The notes beneath the pieces are model-generated. The model had not been told where the DNA came from and searched no databases. It worked only from the letters and a program-made list of their open reading frames with translations. From positions 502 to 64,501 of the forward strand of contig CAWBRR010000014.1 in the NCBI GenBank assembly GCA_963791215.1: a stretch of DNA of 64,000 nucleotides, in the 5' to 3' direction. The number at the start of each line of letters is the position of its first letter. Within the stretch, counting starts at the first letter, position 1. Origin of the DNA: an uncultured Actinomycetota bacterium. GTDB taxonomy: Bacteria; Actinomycetota; Actinomycetes; Mycobacteriales; Mycobacteriaceae. Shown here in pieces: positions 63,371 through 64,000 of this stretch. A program made the position numbers and the translations under genes.

Positions 63371-63900
63371 TTACACCGGCTCGTCGCTACAGCCGGGATA
63401 GGCCTTCTTCAAACGGTCGAGTTCCGGAGTCGGATGGCTCTTCTGCCACTTCTCAGCCGTCGTCGTCGACTTCACGATCGCGTCGTTCATGCGATTGATC
63501 GCGGCTTGTGCTTCGGCGTCGTTCTTGGCGCCGCGGATGTCGGTGGCGACCTTGCCGAGTGTGTCGGCGAGCGACCTCGCGGCTCTGCTCGACCTCGCCG
63601 CTGTCGTCCTTGCCCTCACCGTTGGGCGAATCGCCGAGTTCCTTGGTCTTGACGAGCAATTCGTCGTAGAGGTCGGCAATGCTTTGCACCGTGTCGGCGA
63701 GCGCCTCCTGGTTCTTCGCATTGGTCGCGAAGTCGTGTGTGAGGTGAGCCATCCGATCCTTGAAGTCGACGGTGAGCGCGCATTCCTTCTTGACGTACTC
63801 GTCGAGGGAAACGTTCTTGCGTGTCGCTCGAATTGCAGCCACTCAGCACCACGACGAACGCCGACAACATCGCCACCGCGGTATTGCGTGCGCCGCCCAT
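63371..63900 (-). CDS. Helical lipoprotein; frameshifts near 63820 and 63584
   Basis: MGGARNTAVAMLSAFVVVLSGC lipobox. Three ORF pieces join into one acidic all-helical protein ending YPGCSDEPV. Confidence 0.7.
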
Positions 63901-64000
63901 GTGAGCTCCCCCCGGAGTTTGAATTGCGTCAGACGATACGCGCAGGTTCATTCGCGCGGTAGCCGCCGAAATAACGGCCGACGATCTCGAGTAGCCGTGG

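Overview
High-GC actinobacterial DNA whose gene content (MmpL, a Pit/Rv0544c-like/DUF3349 cluster, a PhoY-type PhoU, Hip1-like and MPT64-like lipoproteins, CGCGAGCAGACGCAAA hairpins) points to Mycobacteriaceae, probably an environmental Mycolicibacterium-type organism. About 1-19 kb is an accessory mosaic. It holds an amidase and a Ser/Thr kinase, then a tRNA-Tyr 3' fragment flanked by arm-like repeats and an integrase-like tail. Next is a compact phosphate-homeostasis island (two Pit transporters, DUF47, PhoU, two DUF3349 genes, an RCK K+ channel and PHO-box-like 11-bp repeats), followed by GIY-YIG and higBA remnants, Lrp with an AceE-like E1, and MmpL. About 20-43 kb has an acyl-CoA catabolic cluster with a shared palindromic operator, Pro-rich envelope proteins, a kinase fused to an amino-acid-binding domain, sdaA and modA. 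About 44-51 kb is a general-stress cluster with SigF-like promoters. About 51-64 kb has envelope proteins, an MFS pump, a third kinase, a lipase and a TIR-TM-WD40 receptor-like gene next to a lipoprotein. About ten otherwise intact genes carry single-base frameshifts, most likely sequencing or assembly indels. No CRISPR array, rRNA, intact tRNA or intact transposase was seen. All family assignments are from motif recognition by eye, not database searches.
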